Assembly (NCBI RefSeq): GCF_009914755.1
Contig: NC_060932.1
Source: the human T2T-CHM13v2.0 reference genome, Homo sapiens
Length of the DNA stretch: 64,000 nt
Strand: one strand, 5' to 3'
Shown: piece by piece, positions 28,332 through 45,720 of the stretch
Layout of the letters: each line of letters begins with the position of its first letter
Position numbering within the stretch: the stretch's first letter is position 1
Program-made: the position numbers and the translations under genes
Notes under the pieces: model-generated
Told to the model about the DNA's origin: nothing
The model's database searches: none
What the model saw: only the letters and a program-made list of their open reading frames with translations

Positions 28332-30761
28332 CTAAGACAGACCCTTCTCAAACTATACATTACACATGGATTTGAGTTTAATTTCTCAAAACTAAATCTC
28401 AGAAAATAGAACAAAGAATCTTACTTATCTTTGGAGGAATAATATGCTAAAATATAAAGCACTATAAAAAATTTAAAATGGAAAGATGAATCAATCATGT
28501 AAAAATTAAAGATAAGGGATACCAAAATGTCTTAAAATAGTTCATGGGAGTGTATATAAATCACATGAAGACAACAGAAAAAAATAAACGATAATTTGTA
28601 ACAGGGAGGCAAAACAATAAATTATGAAAAAAATGTATACTCCCTAATAATAAAAAGCAAATATGGTAAAATGGTTTAGAGAACTGGTTCTGAAATCAGG
28701 CTTGGGTTGCATTTCCAATTATTTAAATTATTAAGTTATTTGAGCATCTTTATTTGTAAAATGCAGATTTTCACTTATTTAAATTAGGTTATCTATGCAT
28801 CCTTTTCCTTTGTAAAAGAGCAAAAATAAACTCAAAGTGTGTAGATTAATGGAAATGCTAGTTTTGCTGAACATGGTCATTACCTTTTGTATTTAATATT
28901 TAATATTAAAATTACAATAATATGTATCTCTCTACTGACACTAAATCTCAAGTACAGTACTCTTAAGAAAACCATGTCTAACAGCACCAGAACTCAAACA
29001 CCTGAGGATTCCTCTATGTCATCCTACACCATGCTTACTACCACAAAATAGTTTGATCAGAAGAAAGCACAATGGTTACATTAAGAGCCTCCCTCCTTGA
29101 TATACCTAGAACTACATTTTCTATATAAAAACAAATACCAAGGCATATATGATACATATAAATCTTAATACTGCGCAAATATTAATACTAAATATTAACA
29201 CAATATCAATACATTCTTTTTTTATAAAGATTTTAAAAAAAATGTTTTTAAATAAAATAGAGATGGAGTCTTGCTATGTTGACCAGGCTGGTCTTGAACT
29301 CCTAGCCTCAAGCAATCCCCCCATCTCAGCCTAGCAAAGTGCTGGGATCACAGGCATGAGCCACCATGCCTGACCAAGAAATTCTTAATCTCTATTGTAA
29401 ACCCATGCTCCAGAAGATTTGAAATACCAACATTTCTAATTATCTCTAAAGTTTTTTTTTAATTACCTCCAGGAAAAAGTAAATTGCAGTAACAGTTGCC
29501 TAGGTAATGCCAGGCTTTCAGAACATGACTTGATTTTTGTAGAGTCTAAAAAGTTTTTACAATCTTAATTTTCCCCTTTATTATAAGGGTAAAACATGCT
29601 CACTACACAAAATACATAAAGAAAGTGGAAAGAAACAAGTACCACTACCTATAATCCCACAACCAAAGCTTTAACAATTTATTCTCTTCTAATTTCTTTT
29701 ATGTATATTTTTATACAATTTAACACCCTTTCTTTGTATTTGTACTGCTTTTTATCATTCACATCATGAGCAATATTTTCACATCATTAAAAACTCTGCC
29801 AAAATACCACTTTTAGTCTTTACATACCAACTCATCATATGGTTGTACCACATTTTTTCAAGCATTTTCTCACTGCTGGACATTCAGGTTTTTCTAACCT
29901 TTTGCTCTTTTAAACGATGCTATATGCCCAAGACTTCCATAAGCACATAAAGACTTTGTGAGATTAGAAGAAGTTATCCCAGTCTAATATAAAAACGTTT
30001 ATGAACTATTATTTTATTACACAACCTCAACAACTACACAATATAGCTCTGCCTGGGTTGGGGTTTAAGAACCCCAGCAAGCAAACACCCTGGCTGTGCA
30101 TACACATGCCCCTGCACACAAGGGTCACGCTCTTGCCTACTGACAAACATAATCCCTGAACATTAAGGCACATAAACATACCTAAGCCAGTGCCAGGCAC
30201 CCTTGCCCCAAATTTCTCAAATGAGACTACCAGATCAGTTTCTGTCAGACTGGAGTGGTGGGCAAGTTAGCGAAAGACATCACCTCAGGGGATGCCTGGA
30301 GTCTGGAGCTCAGTCTGGACAAGACCATGCTGTAACCACCTGCATGGACAGAGTGTCCTCACAGGAGCTCTCCAGAGTCTTCGCATGCCATAGGTGCTAG
30401 TATGGGTTTATGTACCAGGCAACTTACTGTAACCTGGAACTCCTGGCTCCAAGATGTGGCCAGAAGGCCCAGAATCCCTTCACTCACCCACGGTCTTCTC
30501 AAAGTGACATGTCTATCTCATGTCTGATACACCCACAGGTGTGGCACCCCTTGTGCAGAGGACCATGTGAACACCTTGAATAATTATCTTAGCTATGAAC
30601 ATATATCTTTGTTGAAATAACTTAAAAATGTTTAGGATACATCAAGGTCTTTATACCTAGTGCCAAATTGCTGTCCAAAGATACATTCTAATTAACACTA
30701 CCATCAGAATGATGCACTGGCCAACTTCACAGCATCCTTGACAAGTGGTGCCTTCTTTCAC

Positions 30762-30793
<32 letters not shown>

Positions 30794-31240
30794 ACAAGGG
30801 CCAGGTGCAATGGTTCCTGCCTATAATTCCAACGCTTCAGGAAGCTGAGGTGGGAGGATCACTTAAGACCAGGAGTTTGAGAACAGACAAGACAACATAG
30901 CAAGACCATATACACACAAAAATTAAAATGAACAGCCAGGTCTAGTAACATACAACTGTCGTCTCAGCTACATGTGTGGCTGAGACAAGAGGATGGCTTA
31001 AGCGCAAGAGTTCAAGGCCACAGTGGGCTATGAGTGCCACTGCACTCCAACATGGGCAACAGAGCAAGACCCTAATTCTAAAAACAAACAAAAGAAACAC
31101 GGTCTCGCTCTGTCGCCCAGGCTGGAATGCAGTTGTACAATCATAGCTCACTGTAACCTTGAACTCCTGGCCTCAAGGTGTTCTCCCTCCTTGGCCTCCA
31201 AAAGCGCTGGAATTATAGGCATGAGCCACCTTGCCCGGCC
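30762..31240. mobile_element. AluJ (+, ~30799-31095) nested in an antisense Alu fragment
   Basis: Poly-T/gagaca lies on the left and ggtctcgctctgtcgcccagg continues on the right of the plus-strand Alu. Confidence 0.75.
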
Positions 31241-31802
31241 TCTCTCCCATTGTTTTGTTAACTACTGAGGCCAGCTATTTTTTCCTCCACAATTGTGTAA
31301 CTTAGTCCTTCCCATTTTCTATCAAGGCCTTATGTATTTTTAAGGAAATAACTATCAAATCTGAACTTCCTTGATCAGATACTCAATATAAATGTATAAA
31401 GTGAGGTACAGTCTTTTAAAATTGTCCCTTTCTACTCAGCTGCCTTTTTCTAAGTACTTCCTATGTTTTAGACACTGTACTGCATGATATATTTCACATA
31501 AGCCTGTGAACCTAATAGGTTAAAATTAAACCCTTTTCATTGATGAGCAATCAGAGGCTTTAAAAGGTTAAGTAGTTTGTCCAAGGTCATGACTAGAGGG
31601 TAAGGAATTGGGAAAAGGAGCGGAAGGGACAGAAATGAGGAAGGGAACAGAGGGAGAAAATTACTTTTCAGGAAACAATCTTGTTCAATATTTATTATAA
31701 TATTCCTTTCTGTAGATGTGATTTCTTGTAAAACAAATACTACTTTTCCACTAACTTCTTTTATTGTAAAATTAAAAATGATTCTTTAAAAAAATAACCC
31801 AC

Positions 31803-31990
31803 GGCCGGACGCGGTGGCTCACACCTGTAATCCCAGCACTTTGCGAGGCCAAGGTGGGCGAATCACGAGGTCAGGGGTTCAAGACCAGCCTGACCAACAT
31901 GGTGAAACCCTGTCCCTCCTAAAAATACAAAAATTAGCCCGACTGTGGTGGTGTGCAAAAAAAAAACAAAAATAAAAACAAACAAAACCT
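31803..31990 (+). mobile_element. Alu left arm (partial)
   Basis: Alu 5' half followed by an A-rich tail. Confidence 0.85.
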
Positions 31991-33254
31991 ACAACAGCAA
32001 TAATGCTGTTTTCAATTATGAAAAACCTGAGGCAAGGGCTAAATTAAAAGGCTCACCAGGCTTTGAGGACATTATACAGAACCTTCTTACTTCTGGATCT
32101 CCTGGTTACTGTCAATATCTTGCCCTGATTACTGACCATCTACAATGGGACTTTTCTGATACTTCAACTCAGCTAAGTTTTGGAACATACAGCCATGGAG
32201 AGACTGTAAAATGCATTTTTGATGGCAGGTGCTGCAATCGTGCTAACCTAAAGATTCCACAGGTTTAAGATACGTTCTGTGAAAACAAGTAAGTACCTTA
32301 TTTTGCAGCTCTATAAGCTCAAACTCTGTAAAATTAAATGCTAGTTAAAAGAAAGAATTTTTAGTGTTCATTTAATCTACCCCACATGTTCAAACCCCCT
32401 TATAACATTTACACACATAATTTTAAAGGAATGGTAAATACAAACAGAGGTAATAACATAAGGCAAATAAAGCTTTACAGTTTATATATATACACGCTCC
32501 AAATTTACCCCAGGTTCGATTTCATAAAAGATCAAATAGTTGAATTTATACATCCTGCTAAATATATATATATATGCTCCAAAATTATCTGAAGTTGCAA
32601 ACTGCACTAGCACTGAAATGACCATTCCTTCCAGCTTCTCACCTGCTTCACCACTCCCCCAGTACCACTCTCTCCACCTCTAGTCCAATGCTGCAGTTAT
32701 CTGAAATTACAAAGTTTTTTTTTTTTTTTAATTATGACCAAGTTTGGCTTACCTGAGAAGTGCAAGGTTGGTTCAGAATACCTACTGTTTTCACCACCCT
32801 AACAGATTAAAAGAAAAAAGCCATATAATTACCTCAAAAGATGCACAGATGCACTCTGGGGTTGGGGGAAGGGGAGGACTGGGAACAGAGAAGGTGCATT
32901 TCAATGAAAACAAAGACTTGGGTTTTTTAAATTTGCCTTTATTTTTATTTTTTTATTTTAGAGACAGGGTCTTATTAGGATGCCCAGGCTGGGGCTTTCT
33001 TTTCTTGCAAGTCATTTTTTTTTCAAACAATTCTATATGATAATCAACAGGATGAACTAATGAAGGCATATTAAAGAGTGGTTCAGGTAAAATGATTCAG
33101 TGAATTCCTAATCTGTGTGTCATGTTTACGGTGACAGAAAACAAGTGTGTTCCCTACTGCTGTTAAAGTTATCTCTACTGCTGATAAATTTAAATACAAA
33201 GCGCAAAAGTGAATCCTACAATGCAATACCATGACTTTCAGGAATCTGCTTCAC

Positions 33255-33547
<293 letters not shown>

Positions 33548-34329
33548 GGAATCTGCTCCACTTTCAAAATCATGCCTACATAAGCAGAAGCTCTTGAGAT
33601 AAACCTTGTCTTTCCCCACAGTGTTGTAATTACAGTAAAAGCTTTTCCATAATAATCAGAACTAGAAGTTGTTCAATTAATTGCAATTATTGATAGAAAC
33701 ATTTAAAATACATACACGTGCATTCATTAGCTAATCCTTTTTTAAGAAAACCAAAGCACATTCTTCAATGACAAGCCATTGCTAGAGTATTTTCCAGCCA
33801 CTATGATCCAATGTTTTTGTAGAAATTACCAGAGGAGAAAAATATTTAATTTTTAAAAACTTACAAAGTGGAAATTCCAATTCTTCACAGACTACGTGTG
33901 AACAGTTCATGGACCAGTGCTGGTTTGCAAAGTGCGCTTTGAGTAGCACTAGTATAAATAAAGCACGGGCTCTGGAGCCAAACTGTGAGCCTCACCCTTG
34001 GACAAGTTTCTCTCTCTCTAGTGGGGATAATATTAATACCTACCACCTAATTGGGTTATTATGAAGATTAAATAAGAATATGTCTAGCATTTAAAACTGT
34101 CCCTGCCAGATAAGGACTCTATAAATGAAAGTTGATGTTATTATCATTATTACTATTGTATAGACCATAACCATAAATACACTTTTTCTAAAATGTCTAG
34201 TTTTTGTCTTTTTTAAATGTAATGAGAAATGAAGGTACTGAAAATACAGAATTCTTTATAGTTTTATCCTTTTCTCCAATTTTTTATATCCTGATCCATG
34301 ACCAATCATATCACTTCTTTTAAAGTGAG

Positions 34330-35120
34330 TCACTAGTCACTGCATACCTGTTATTCACTAAATGTACAGGCTGCAGAGCAGTAGCTGTCCTGTGTTACTT
34401 CCCTGTCCCCAGTGACAAATCCATGAGATACTTTTTTTTTAAATGGGCAACTGAAGGAGAGGATTTGCCAACAAAGACGAAAGTGAAGCAAAGAAACAAA
34501 AGCGATAATGCTGGAAATAAAATTCTAATGGAATATAAATGGAGTTACAAAAGAAAGAGTTGACTGTGAGAATGGTGACACCGCTGCCAACAGGGAGACT
34601 AAATATGCAGCCAGAGGAACCTTCTGAAGGTAAACTGATCAACATAAGAGAGTGGTTATGGTGAAAAGGATGACAATGTCTCAGAGGAAGTCATGCCAGC
34701 AAAAATCCTTCATATTAAAGGAACTTTTACATATACTTCTTGATATTCACAATGTAATGGATAAAATGTTTGAAGCTGATTCAAATTTAGAAGTATTAAC
34801 AACTTGTCCAAGGCCTAGAAATGATGCTCACTCCACACTGTACAACAGGGAAGAAGAAACCAGGCACAGTTCTAATTACTCTTGAAAAGATTTTTACAAA
34901 TAAATAAAACACTTTAGTTTTCAAGGTTTAAATTACACTGTACTAAGTAAATACTAGTTTTACTGTTTTATCCATTTCCCTATACATTTTGCAACAATGA
35001 GAGTTATGTTTTGACGAAAATTTCTAAAAATCATGAACAACATAATTTCTAAGATTGCTTTGCAAAATTTAAGTCTGCACAAGTATTTTTACATTCCACA
35101 GCACAAAATGAGAACTGCCT
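34330..35120 (+). mobile_element. Tigger13a-like DNA transposon
   Basis: gccaacaaagacgaaagtgaagcaaagaaac...atgcagccagaggaac...cagaggaagtcatgccagcaaaa matches recalled Tigger13a. Confidence 0.6.
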
Positions 35121-35124
35121 GTAT

Positions 35125-35985
35125 ACACAACTTTCACAACCTAAGAAGGAAAGCAACTGAATCTAAAAACAGGCAAAAGATTTCAACAGATAATTCACCA
35201 AAGTTAAATGGACTGCAAATAAGCACTTGAAAAGATGCTCAACACCATCGGGCACTAGAGAAATACAAACTGAAAACATACCAGATGGCTAAAAAAATAC
35301 TGTAAATGACCATACCAAGGGCTGGTGAGAATACAGTGCAAATGAATTCCTATACACTTGTGCAAAGCCACTTTAAAAAGTTAAATATACACCTTCAATA
35401 TGACACAGTCATTCCATCTACGTATTCATCCAAGAAAAATGAAAGCATTATGTTCATACAAGGAATCATACACTAATGTTCATAGCACTTTACTTGTAGT
35501 AGTCTCAAACTGCAAGCAACCCAAATGTTCATCAACAAATGAATGGACAGACTGTGGTATTTCCATATGCTAGAATACTATTCAGCAATAAAAGAAACAA
35601 GCTACTCACACATCCAACAATAAATATAAATCTCAAAATCACTATGCTGAGTTGAAGAAGCCAGATATAAAAGAATATATATTGTATGAGTCCTCATATA
35701 TAAGATTCTAGGAGTTAAGTCTGGGCAACACAGTGAGACCCTGTTTCTAAAAAAATTAATTAATAAAAAAGTAAGATTCTAGGAAACGCAAACTAATATA
35801 AGGACAGAAAGGGCACAGGTGGTTGACTGGCGTCTAGGGGCAGGTAGGGTGGATAGATTTGAAGCAGGCAGGAAAAAACTTTGAAGGTGATTATGTTCAT
35901 TATCTTGATTGTGGTGATGGTTTCATAGGTGATTAACTATGTTGAAGCTCCACAAACTGTATGCTTAATAAAACTTTTAAAAATG
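35125..35985 (+). mobile_element. Old L1M 3' fragment
   Basis: gaaaagatgctcaacaccatc...caacccaaatgttcatcaacaaatgaatgg...cttgattgtggtgatggtttca. Confidence 0.75.
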
Positions 35986-37860
35986 GTCCATGGACCATCT
36001 GCATCTGCCAAAAATGTGGATTCTCAGGCTTGCCACAACCCACTAAATTTTGTGGGTCAAGCCTGAGAAATTGCATTTTCCAAGATCCACATTACTCTAA
36101 GGTATGTATTTACTCTGTAATCTAGAGGATCTAATGCCTAGAGTCTCCAGAAGAACTATCTCACTCAAGCTTTAGAACTTAAGACATCTTATTACATTCG
36201 TATTTATATTTTAACTTTGAAATCTGATATATAGGTGATCTCTGAAATAGTTCAATAAAAGAAAAAAGCCCATAGAGACAAAAGTTTTAAAGCTAAAAAT
36301 AAGCTTTATGATTTCAATTTAAAATCATATCTTGTCCCAATTCCATTTCACAAATGGGAAAGTTGAGACCCAGAAAGGTTAAATTTGGGCAGAGTCAGTA
36401 ATAAAATGCAAATCTTCTATTCTACTTTCTTCTGAAATGAAATTCTATCCAACTTTCTTCTACAAAGGCTTCTATTCCTCTGCTTTCAATTTCTCCTAAA
36501 TTCATATTTATTCTTTGTCATTTCCGTAGCTCAGATTTTTATGCTCTCACTCCTAACTACTGCAATAATCTCCTAAATGGTTAACCTACTTCTGTAGTTC
36601 TCTCCCCACTTTATTTCTATCACACAAATACCTGAGTACCTAATATTAGTCAAGCACTATAAGAGACACTAATTTTATCTCATCACTGCTCTATTAAAAA
36701 AAAAAAACTTCTAATAGCTCCCAATACTCTTCAGGATACATTCTCAAACTGGCACACTTAGGAATGAATATCCATTCTGATTTCAGGCTACTCCTAATAA
36801 ACATGCTACTAGAGCAGAGCCCCCTAACAGCCTATGCCCATTCCAGTACTGAAATCTGTTTCCTCCTAAAAAGGCATTCCTTTCTTCCTTCTAAAAAGAT
36901 TCTTATCCTTAAAGGGCCAATTTAAAGCTATTCCTGCTTTCAACAGGCTTTTCCCGAGGACTCCAGCCCACATCAATCCCTATAATTCTAAAGCATTTTC
37001 ATCCAATAGTACACTGCTACTCATTGGCTGCAGATGTTAGTTGTATAACTGAGGGAAGATAAAATTTGTTTCTCAAGTCTTTTGTACCCTATTTAATATG
37101 CAGTGCTTAAGTATTTTACAACGAAGGGAAACAGCATAGCATATATAGGTAGAAAAGTTTTAGTCTAGAGGCTTTGAAACCAGTCAAATACCAGTTTGAA
37201 TCCCAGTTCTGACAATTACCATAACTCAGGATCACACAGCTAGTAAGCATTAGTTTCCTCATTTGTCAAATGGAGTTAACAGACCTTACAGCACTGTTGC
37301 AAGCATTAAATAAGATTCAATGAGAATGCATGTTTACTGCTTAGGAAAAATCACAAACATTCACTTAGTTGTAGCTATTATTAGCAACACAGATCAAATA
37401 TCCACCATGCGGCAGATATTGTACTAGGTTCTAGAAACACCAAACTGTTTAAGATTTAAGCGCTGATCTTAAAGAAGTTTATGTATTAATACATACCAAT
37501 ACCATTCATCCATCCAAGTTAGAAAACACCAGTCATCATTCTTACCTGTACTGTAAGACCTGAAAAACCTGACCATTCTATTTCCTGAAGACCTCTACTC
37601 ACACAACCACTGAACTAGCAGTTCAAGCCAGGACTCCTACTATAGCCTATTTGGGTCTCACTACTCCACCTCTAATCTTTTCTAACTAATTCTCCATAAT
37701 GTTATTAGAATAATCCTTCTAATGCAGAAACCTGATCACATATCTACACATCATCCTTCCCATTAGTCTATATCTGTAATTGTAATGGCATAGGACACAA
37801 AGATCTCAGGCTGACTCAATTCTTAAAAAAAAATTTCCAAGATTTCTCTTAAATATCTTG

Positions 37861-38184
<324 letters not shown>

Positions 38185-41100
38185 TTAAGAAATTTAATTA
38201 TTTCTTTAAATACTTCAGTTGTAGTTTTATTAGAAAATCCACCCTACTACTGCAGTGATTTAATAACAAAAAAATTGGAAAAAGAAAATCCACCCTAACT
38301 CGTATTACTTCATTTTCACGTGTTTACGAGTGACCACTGGCCAGTACGTACTATCAATAATGGCTGCCCACCACAATTATCCATGGACCACCACCACCCT
38401 GTTTTTAACTATGCATGCCACAGAGCTACCACAGCAGATTCTTATTCACCAAGCCTACGGTACACCATGGTATTTGTTTTTTTAAGAAGCCACACAATGT
38501 TTCTAATATATAGCCAGGATTGCCCAATCCCAGATTGAGAAACTTTACATAGAAAAGTGACCAGATATGATAATATTGCTTTGTCTATCTAAAGCAGGGG
38601 TCTGCAAACCACCCACAGACCATGCCTAATCCCATGGCTTTTTGTTCTACCCGCACACTAGAATGCTTTTTACGTTTTCTAAGGGTTGAAAAAAGAAAAC
38701 AACAATCTTTATCCTGAAAGTAGTTAATGACTTCCTGTGGAAATAATACTTGCATATATAAAAAGTAACGAATTCATAATAATTCTGTCAACACCAAAGT
38801 ATTGTTACAGACTACAATTACAACAGAAATTTAGAGAACAGGACAGTGTGAGATAAAGGTATATTCCATGTGTGAGTTAAAAATCTTCTCTGTAGGCCTC
38901 ACAGCACATCATATCACTCATCAAAACGCTGGACCCTTTCCCATGACTCAAAGTGGCTACCACAGGCTGTTCATTGTTATCATACTCTGCTCTGCACTAA
39001 GCACAATGCCTGAAACATCACAGTCTCCAAAGTATAGATGCTGAATGAGTGAATAAGCAAACATCATAAATAATATAAGTACATTAGAATAAATGCAACC
39101 CGTCTAAAGTTAAGGTTCCAAAAGGCTGTCATTCTGCTAAAATGATTTGTTTGGGGAAAAGAGAGATAAGGAGAGGTCAATGTATCGTTAGCAGAAAACT
39201 GGTAAAATTTAGAAAAATATGTAATTTCTCCTATTAAAAATTAAATAAAGAGACTTCAAATGAAATACTCTAAGGTGTGTCCACCACCGTTTTACAGATA
39301 GTTTTTAAATTATTTTATTTTACTTATTTTTTTAAGAGATGGGTTTTTGCCACGTTGGCCAGGCTTGTCTCGAACTCCTGGCCTCCAGTGATTGGCCTCG
39401 GCCTTCCAAAGTGCTGGGATTGTGGGTGTGAGCCACCGTGCCCACCCAGCCTACAGATAGATATAGTTTTTCTGGACTGATAAAACTCAGTTGCACCAAT
39501 AGGCATAGATAACCACTTTGGAGTGATATTATATATCTGATATGTGGTAACATATATTACCGCATGTCTTGGTAGCAATAGAACAATAGATTTTAAGACT
39601 ATGAAAAATACTTTTGTCACATAGTGTTAAAAACGTCCTCAAAACTCAACAAAGATCAGTTACAGACTCCCAATAGGCCAGACATTCTATGTATGGCAAA
39701 GTACAAAATGCTGTGTAAAAACAAGATCTGCCCTCATAAAGCTCATAGTCTATGAGATGACATGTAAACAAATTACTACAATACAGTACAATTAAATAAA
39801 ATGCTATGCTGGAGTTCTGTGGTTAAACTGCTATGGGAAAACAGATGAGGGAGTAATTTCATTATGTCTAGAGGAGAATGTCAGAGAAAGCTAGAGAAGT
39901 GAGATGTCTGGGTGCCTTACATACTTAAAAAAACACCAGTACTACTAACAACTTCCAAAGACATTTTTATATGCTTCAAATTAAGTCAAATAACTTAATT
40001 TTAAGATTTATGTTAGCATATACACTAAACTGGAAAAGGAAAATCTTCTCCTATACAAAGCATTTTAATTACTACCTATGATTGTTAACAATGGGGTAAC
40101 ATAATAAAATAATACTAAAATCCTTAAGAAAAAGGCTTTATTAAACTGAGACTGAGACAACTCCAAGAATTCAGAAGAACACCGGGTAAGATTTTTCAGT
40201 CCTAATAAATATAAAACTGCACTGATTTATTCAATAATTTCTATCCCGTTTGCTATCCATGTTTGAACCTTAATCTGTTTGCCCTTCTGTTATTTCTATT
40301 TATTGGATAGCTTATATAATTCCAAATTTGGACTATCAAGTCTGAACTTACAAACCAAATCAGGGGAAAACACTTTCAAAAAAAAAAAAAAAAGTACTAT
40401 TCTAAAAATTACTCTTTCATGGTCAGAGTATATATTTATGTAGTAAACCTTTATCTTTAAAACACGTAAGTCCAGCCTGTTAAATGTCCTATGAAGTGGT
40501 TCTTTCTTGTCTATCTTCTCCTCTTTTAAAAACTACCTTACATGTCTTATGAGCTTTTCTCCCAAGTGCTCATTAGTAGCCACATGGAATCTAATGGGTT
40601 CAACAGACAAGACATCAATACACACAACTATAAATATATCATATCAGATAGGTTCATTTCTCAAAAGAGCTCATAATTCTTCAGTAGAAGAACTTTATTT
40701 TTCCTAACATTTAGAAGTTTCATAGAGATAATTAAGTAGAAATCATTCAGTATTTTCAGATTTTGGCTATTTCTTTATTTCCTAGACTTAAACATCTTAG
40801 TTTAAATGATTTTTAACAGATAGTCACCCACAAACAGAATGAGTGCCATAACTGTACTTCAACTGCTATGTAACAGACTTCCATATCATCAGTAATTTTT
40901 AACTAGGTATTTCAGACTGGAAAAGATAAATAAAATTTGATTTTAAAATAAATTCTGAAACCATTAACTCATAACATCCTGGATGTTTTACCTTCTGCTA
41001 CCCTACTCATTCACTAATTTAATACCTTACAAAAACCTGTACAGTTTAGAAATTCCCCTATCCCCTTTCATTTGATTTCCACCAAATGTAGGAGCACTTA

Positions 41101-42864
41101 CGTATTCTAGATTTCACTGTTTAGTTTACTATTTGCAGTATCTAGGAATTCATTTTATCTACAGAGATAGATTTCTTGAACAAGAGACAAAATTTTAGTC
41201 ATTTGGGAAGTAGACCTTGCTTCCTTGAATTAACAGAAAAAATATTAAAGTGCAAGAATAGGAAAAAAATTGTAAGTACTAAAACCACAAAAATGGAGAA
41301 AAATGTTGATCTATGCTAAATGATGTACAAGAAAATACTGATCACCGAAGTGAACAGATCATCAATATTTATTTTAGCCATTTCTTTCAGCCTTCTTCCT
41401 AATGTACCTTTTACTCAGACATAAGTCTTATCTATTAAAAAATAAAAGTTAAATTGTATGTAGCCATCATTTGTCACCTTTGCAGTCCATATTGGAGAAT
41501 GACTGTTAATGCTTCTTTTCAGAATTTGAGATTCATAACAATTTACTTATCTTTCCTCTACACTATTAAAAACTGAAACTAAAACAGGAAGGTTTTCTTC
41601 TTCCCTAACTTCTTGATAATAACTAATAGCTATTATTCAGATATACATTAACAGCCATTATTTGAGTGTATGTCCTCTCCTATGTTAGGCTACTCAGTGA
41701 AAAGTTTTGGGCAACCAGATATTCACATGGTTTCAAAGTATCACCAAACCGAGACCTTTTACAAGGTCTCACTCTCTCGCCTAGACTGGAGTGCAGCGGC
41801 ACGATCACAGTTCACAGCAGCCTTAATCTCCCAGGATCACACCACCACACTCAACTAATTTTTGTATTTTTTTTGGAGAGACAAGGTTTCAGCATGTTGC
41901 CCAGGCTGGTTGACACCATCTTAATTGAAGGATAAAATTTAGTATCACCAAAAATGTGACAGACATTATATGCCTGATGATGTAATGCAATGGGATGTAT
42001 TCAACATTACCCTATGTAATAAACTTGTCAGGTATATATAAACTGATTCTATTTATCAAGAAACAAAGCAGACAAATCTTGATTATGAAATATTTTCTAT
42101 CAGACAGCTTGCCTGGATGAAAAGGAGCAGGTGTGAAGATTAAAAAAAGAAGAGGAGTTCAGTTTTGGACATGTTAAATTTGAGAGGCTTATGAGCCACC
42201 AATCTGAAGATGTTGAGAAGGCAATGATGGATACAGAAGTATGGAGTTCAGGGAAGAGGTCAGATCACAAATACTTTATCTACACCCCAGGACTTTGTAT
42301 CCAAAGACCAAGGACACTTGAAATGGTTCACAGTGGCAACAGTAAGAGACCAGTGGCCACACTGCACTAACCACACTGTTATGGTAACATAATCTGGGCA
42401 GTATTTTCTTGCTGCTCATCTGCCTCTGGTTATTGCTCATTTTGTGAAGCTGGGTTCCCACTCTCTCCATCAATTCTGTAACCTACCTGTCATCATCCCA
42501 ACAAATTCCTTTTATGTCCAAATTACCTAGTCAGTTTCTGCTATTTGCAACCAAGGACCCGTTAATGAATTATGAAGAATATTCCAGTCTCGAATAGAAA
42601 ACTGTAATTTCCTTCCCAATTTAAAGCCATTCCTACAAACAAGCAGAATTTATGGTACAAATATAACTCTAAAGTATAAATACACATAATAAAGATATTC
42701 AAAAATTAAAGACGGTACAGATCAGTTTTTTGAGATATTTAAGAGGTCCCAGGATAATTAAAAAGAAAACTTTGTTTCAAAACAAAATTTGAACATTATT
42801 ATAAAAGTAGAACACCCAGAAAAAAATGGCAAAACACCAAGATCATTTAAAAAATATCTAATAA

Positions 42865-43878
<1,014 letters not shown>

Positions 43879-44293
43879 AAGTCAACCTTTAGTCTCTTAT
43901 TTCATACACTTCCCTCACACGTCAGTAAAACTACTTTTCATTCTTTCTAAAAACTTTTCACATTTCAAATCAAAAGTATAATTGTTGGCTATACTAAAGA
44001 TTAAACATTTCTTACATCCTTGATAGTACACCATTTATGTACTAAACTCCCTACCTCCGTTTAGTATTTTTAAGGAATACATTTTGAAGAAGTAAAACAT
44101 GAAAAAGAGTAAAAACACTTAATAGGGAATATTTGCTTTAAGGAGGAAAAAAGTACGAACATATGTGAATATCTAGTATGTACCATGCATTCTGCTATAG
44201 ATGATAATTTTTTTTTTAAAACACTGCAAAACCGGTGATGTTACCTTTTTACAAAAAGTAAATGAGGAAAATGAATTTCAAACACTGGTTTAG

Positions 44294-45720
44294 GCCAGCT
44301 GCAGTAGCTCATGCCTGTATCCCCAACACTTTGCAAGGCTGAGGCAGGAGAACTGCCTGAGCCTAGAAATTTGAGACCAGCCTGGGCAATCAGTGAGATT
44401 CTATCTCCACCCCAAAAAAAAAAAAAAAATTAGCCAGGTGTGGTTGTACATGTCTGCTGTCCCAGCTACTCATGAGGCTGAGATGGGAGGACTGCTTGAG
44501 ACCAGGTCAAGACTGCAGTGAGCTATGATCATGCCACCACACTGCAGCCCAAGCGACAGAGTGAGACCTGCCTCCAAAAAAAAAAAAAAAAACCGGGGGG
44601 GGGGGGGGGGTGGTGGCGGGGAGGGTGTTACTTACCTCACATCAGTGCTAATAAGAGGTCAGTGTCAATAAGGGGTAGATCTGTTTCCAGAACAGATCTG
44701 CCTATCCCAAAGTTGATGCCACTTTATTCACAACAAAATGCCTCCATGAGCACATTCTTCGAAAAATTCATTCTCATTAATTTTTTTATTAGAAAAACAA
44801 TTGTAACCATTATACTGAACAAGCCGAACCCGTGGGATGTAACTATAAAAAACAATTTTTTGTCCACGACTAGCCTTTAAAGTTACTCTGTAGCCATAGT
44901 TAATGTCCCTGAACTTTCATTTAGGCTAATGATCATGACTTTGGTCACTCCCAAGTTATAAAAACAATCTGACTTTTAAAACTGAAAGATCCAGCTGGGC
45001 ATAGTGGCTCCCACCTGTAATCCCAACAATCTGGGAGGCTGAGACAGAGGATCACTTAATCCCAGGAGCTGGAGACCAGCCTGGGCAACATAGGGAGAAC
45101 CCGTCTCTAAAAAAAAATTTAAAAAAATAAAAAAACTTAGCCAGATGTGGTGGTGCATACCTATAGTCCCAGTTACTTAGGAGGCTGACGTGGGAGGATC
45201 ACTCAGGCCTTGGAAGTCGAGGCTGCAGTGACTGAAAGATCTTTAGTATAATCGTCAAATTTTTCTCATTTAAAGTTAGTTTCTCTGCTTTCCCAGCTCA
45301 GCCCTACACAGTACAAGAGCACTACACGCTTTTACTCCACTCCTTTCCACCTTGCTAACCTTGGGTGGGGCAATTATGTGCTATCAGAGAGCTTAGACAC
45401 TTTCATGACTCAAAAAATGTTTAGGCCGGGAGCGATGGCTCATAGCTGTAATCCCAGCACTTTGGGAGGCCGAGGAAGATGGATCACGTGAGGTCAGGAG
45501 TTCTAGACCAGCCTGGCCAACATGGTGAAACCCCGCCTCTACTAAAAATACAAAAATTAGCCGGGCATGGTGGTGTGTACCTGTAGTCTCAGCCACTCAG
45601 GAGGCTGAGGCACGAGAATTGCTTGAACCAGGGAGGTTGCAGTGAGCCAAGGTCATGCCACTGCAGTCCAGCCTGGGTGACAGAGCGAGACTCCGTCTTA
45701 AAAAATAATAATAATAATGA
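44294..45720 (+). mobile_element. Alus at ~44294-44592, ~44993-45232 and ~45423-45720
   Basis: Plus-strand Alu sequences of J and S types. Confidence 0.88.
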
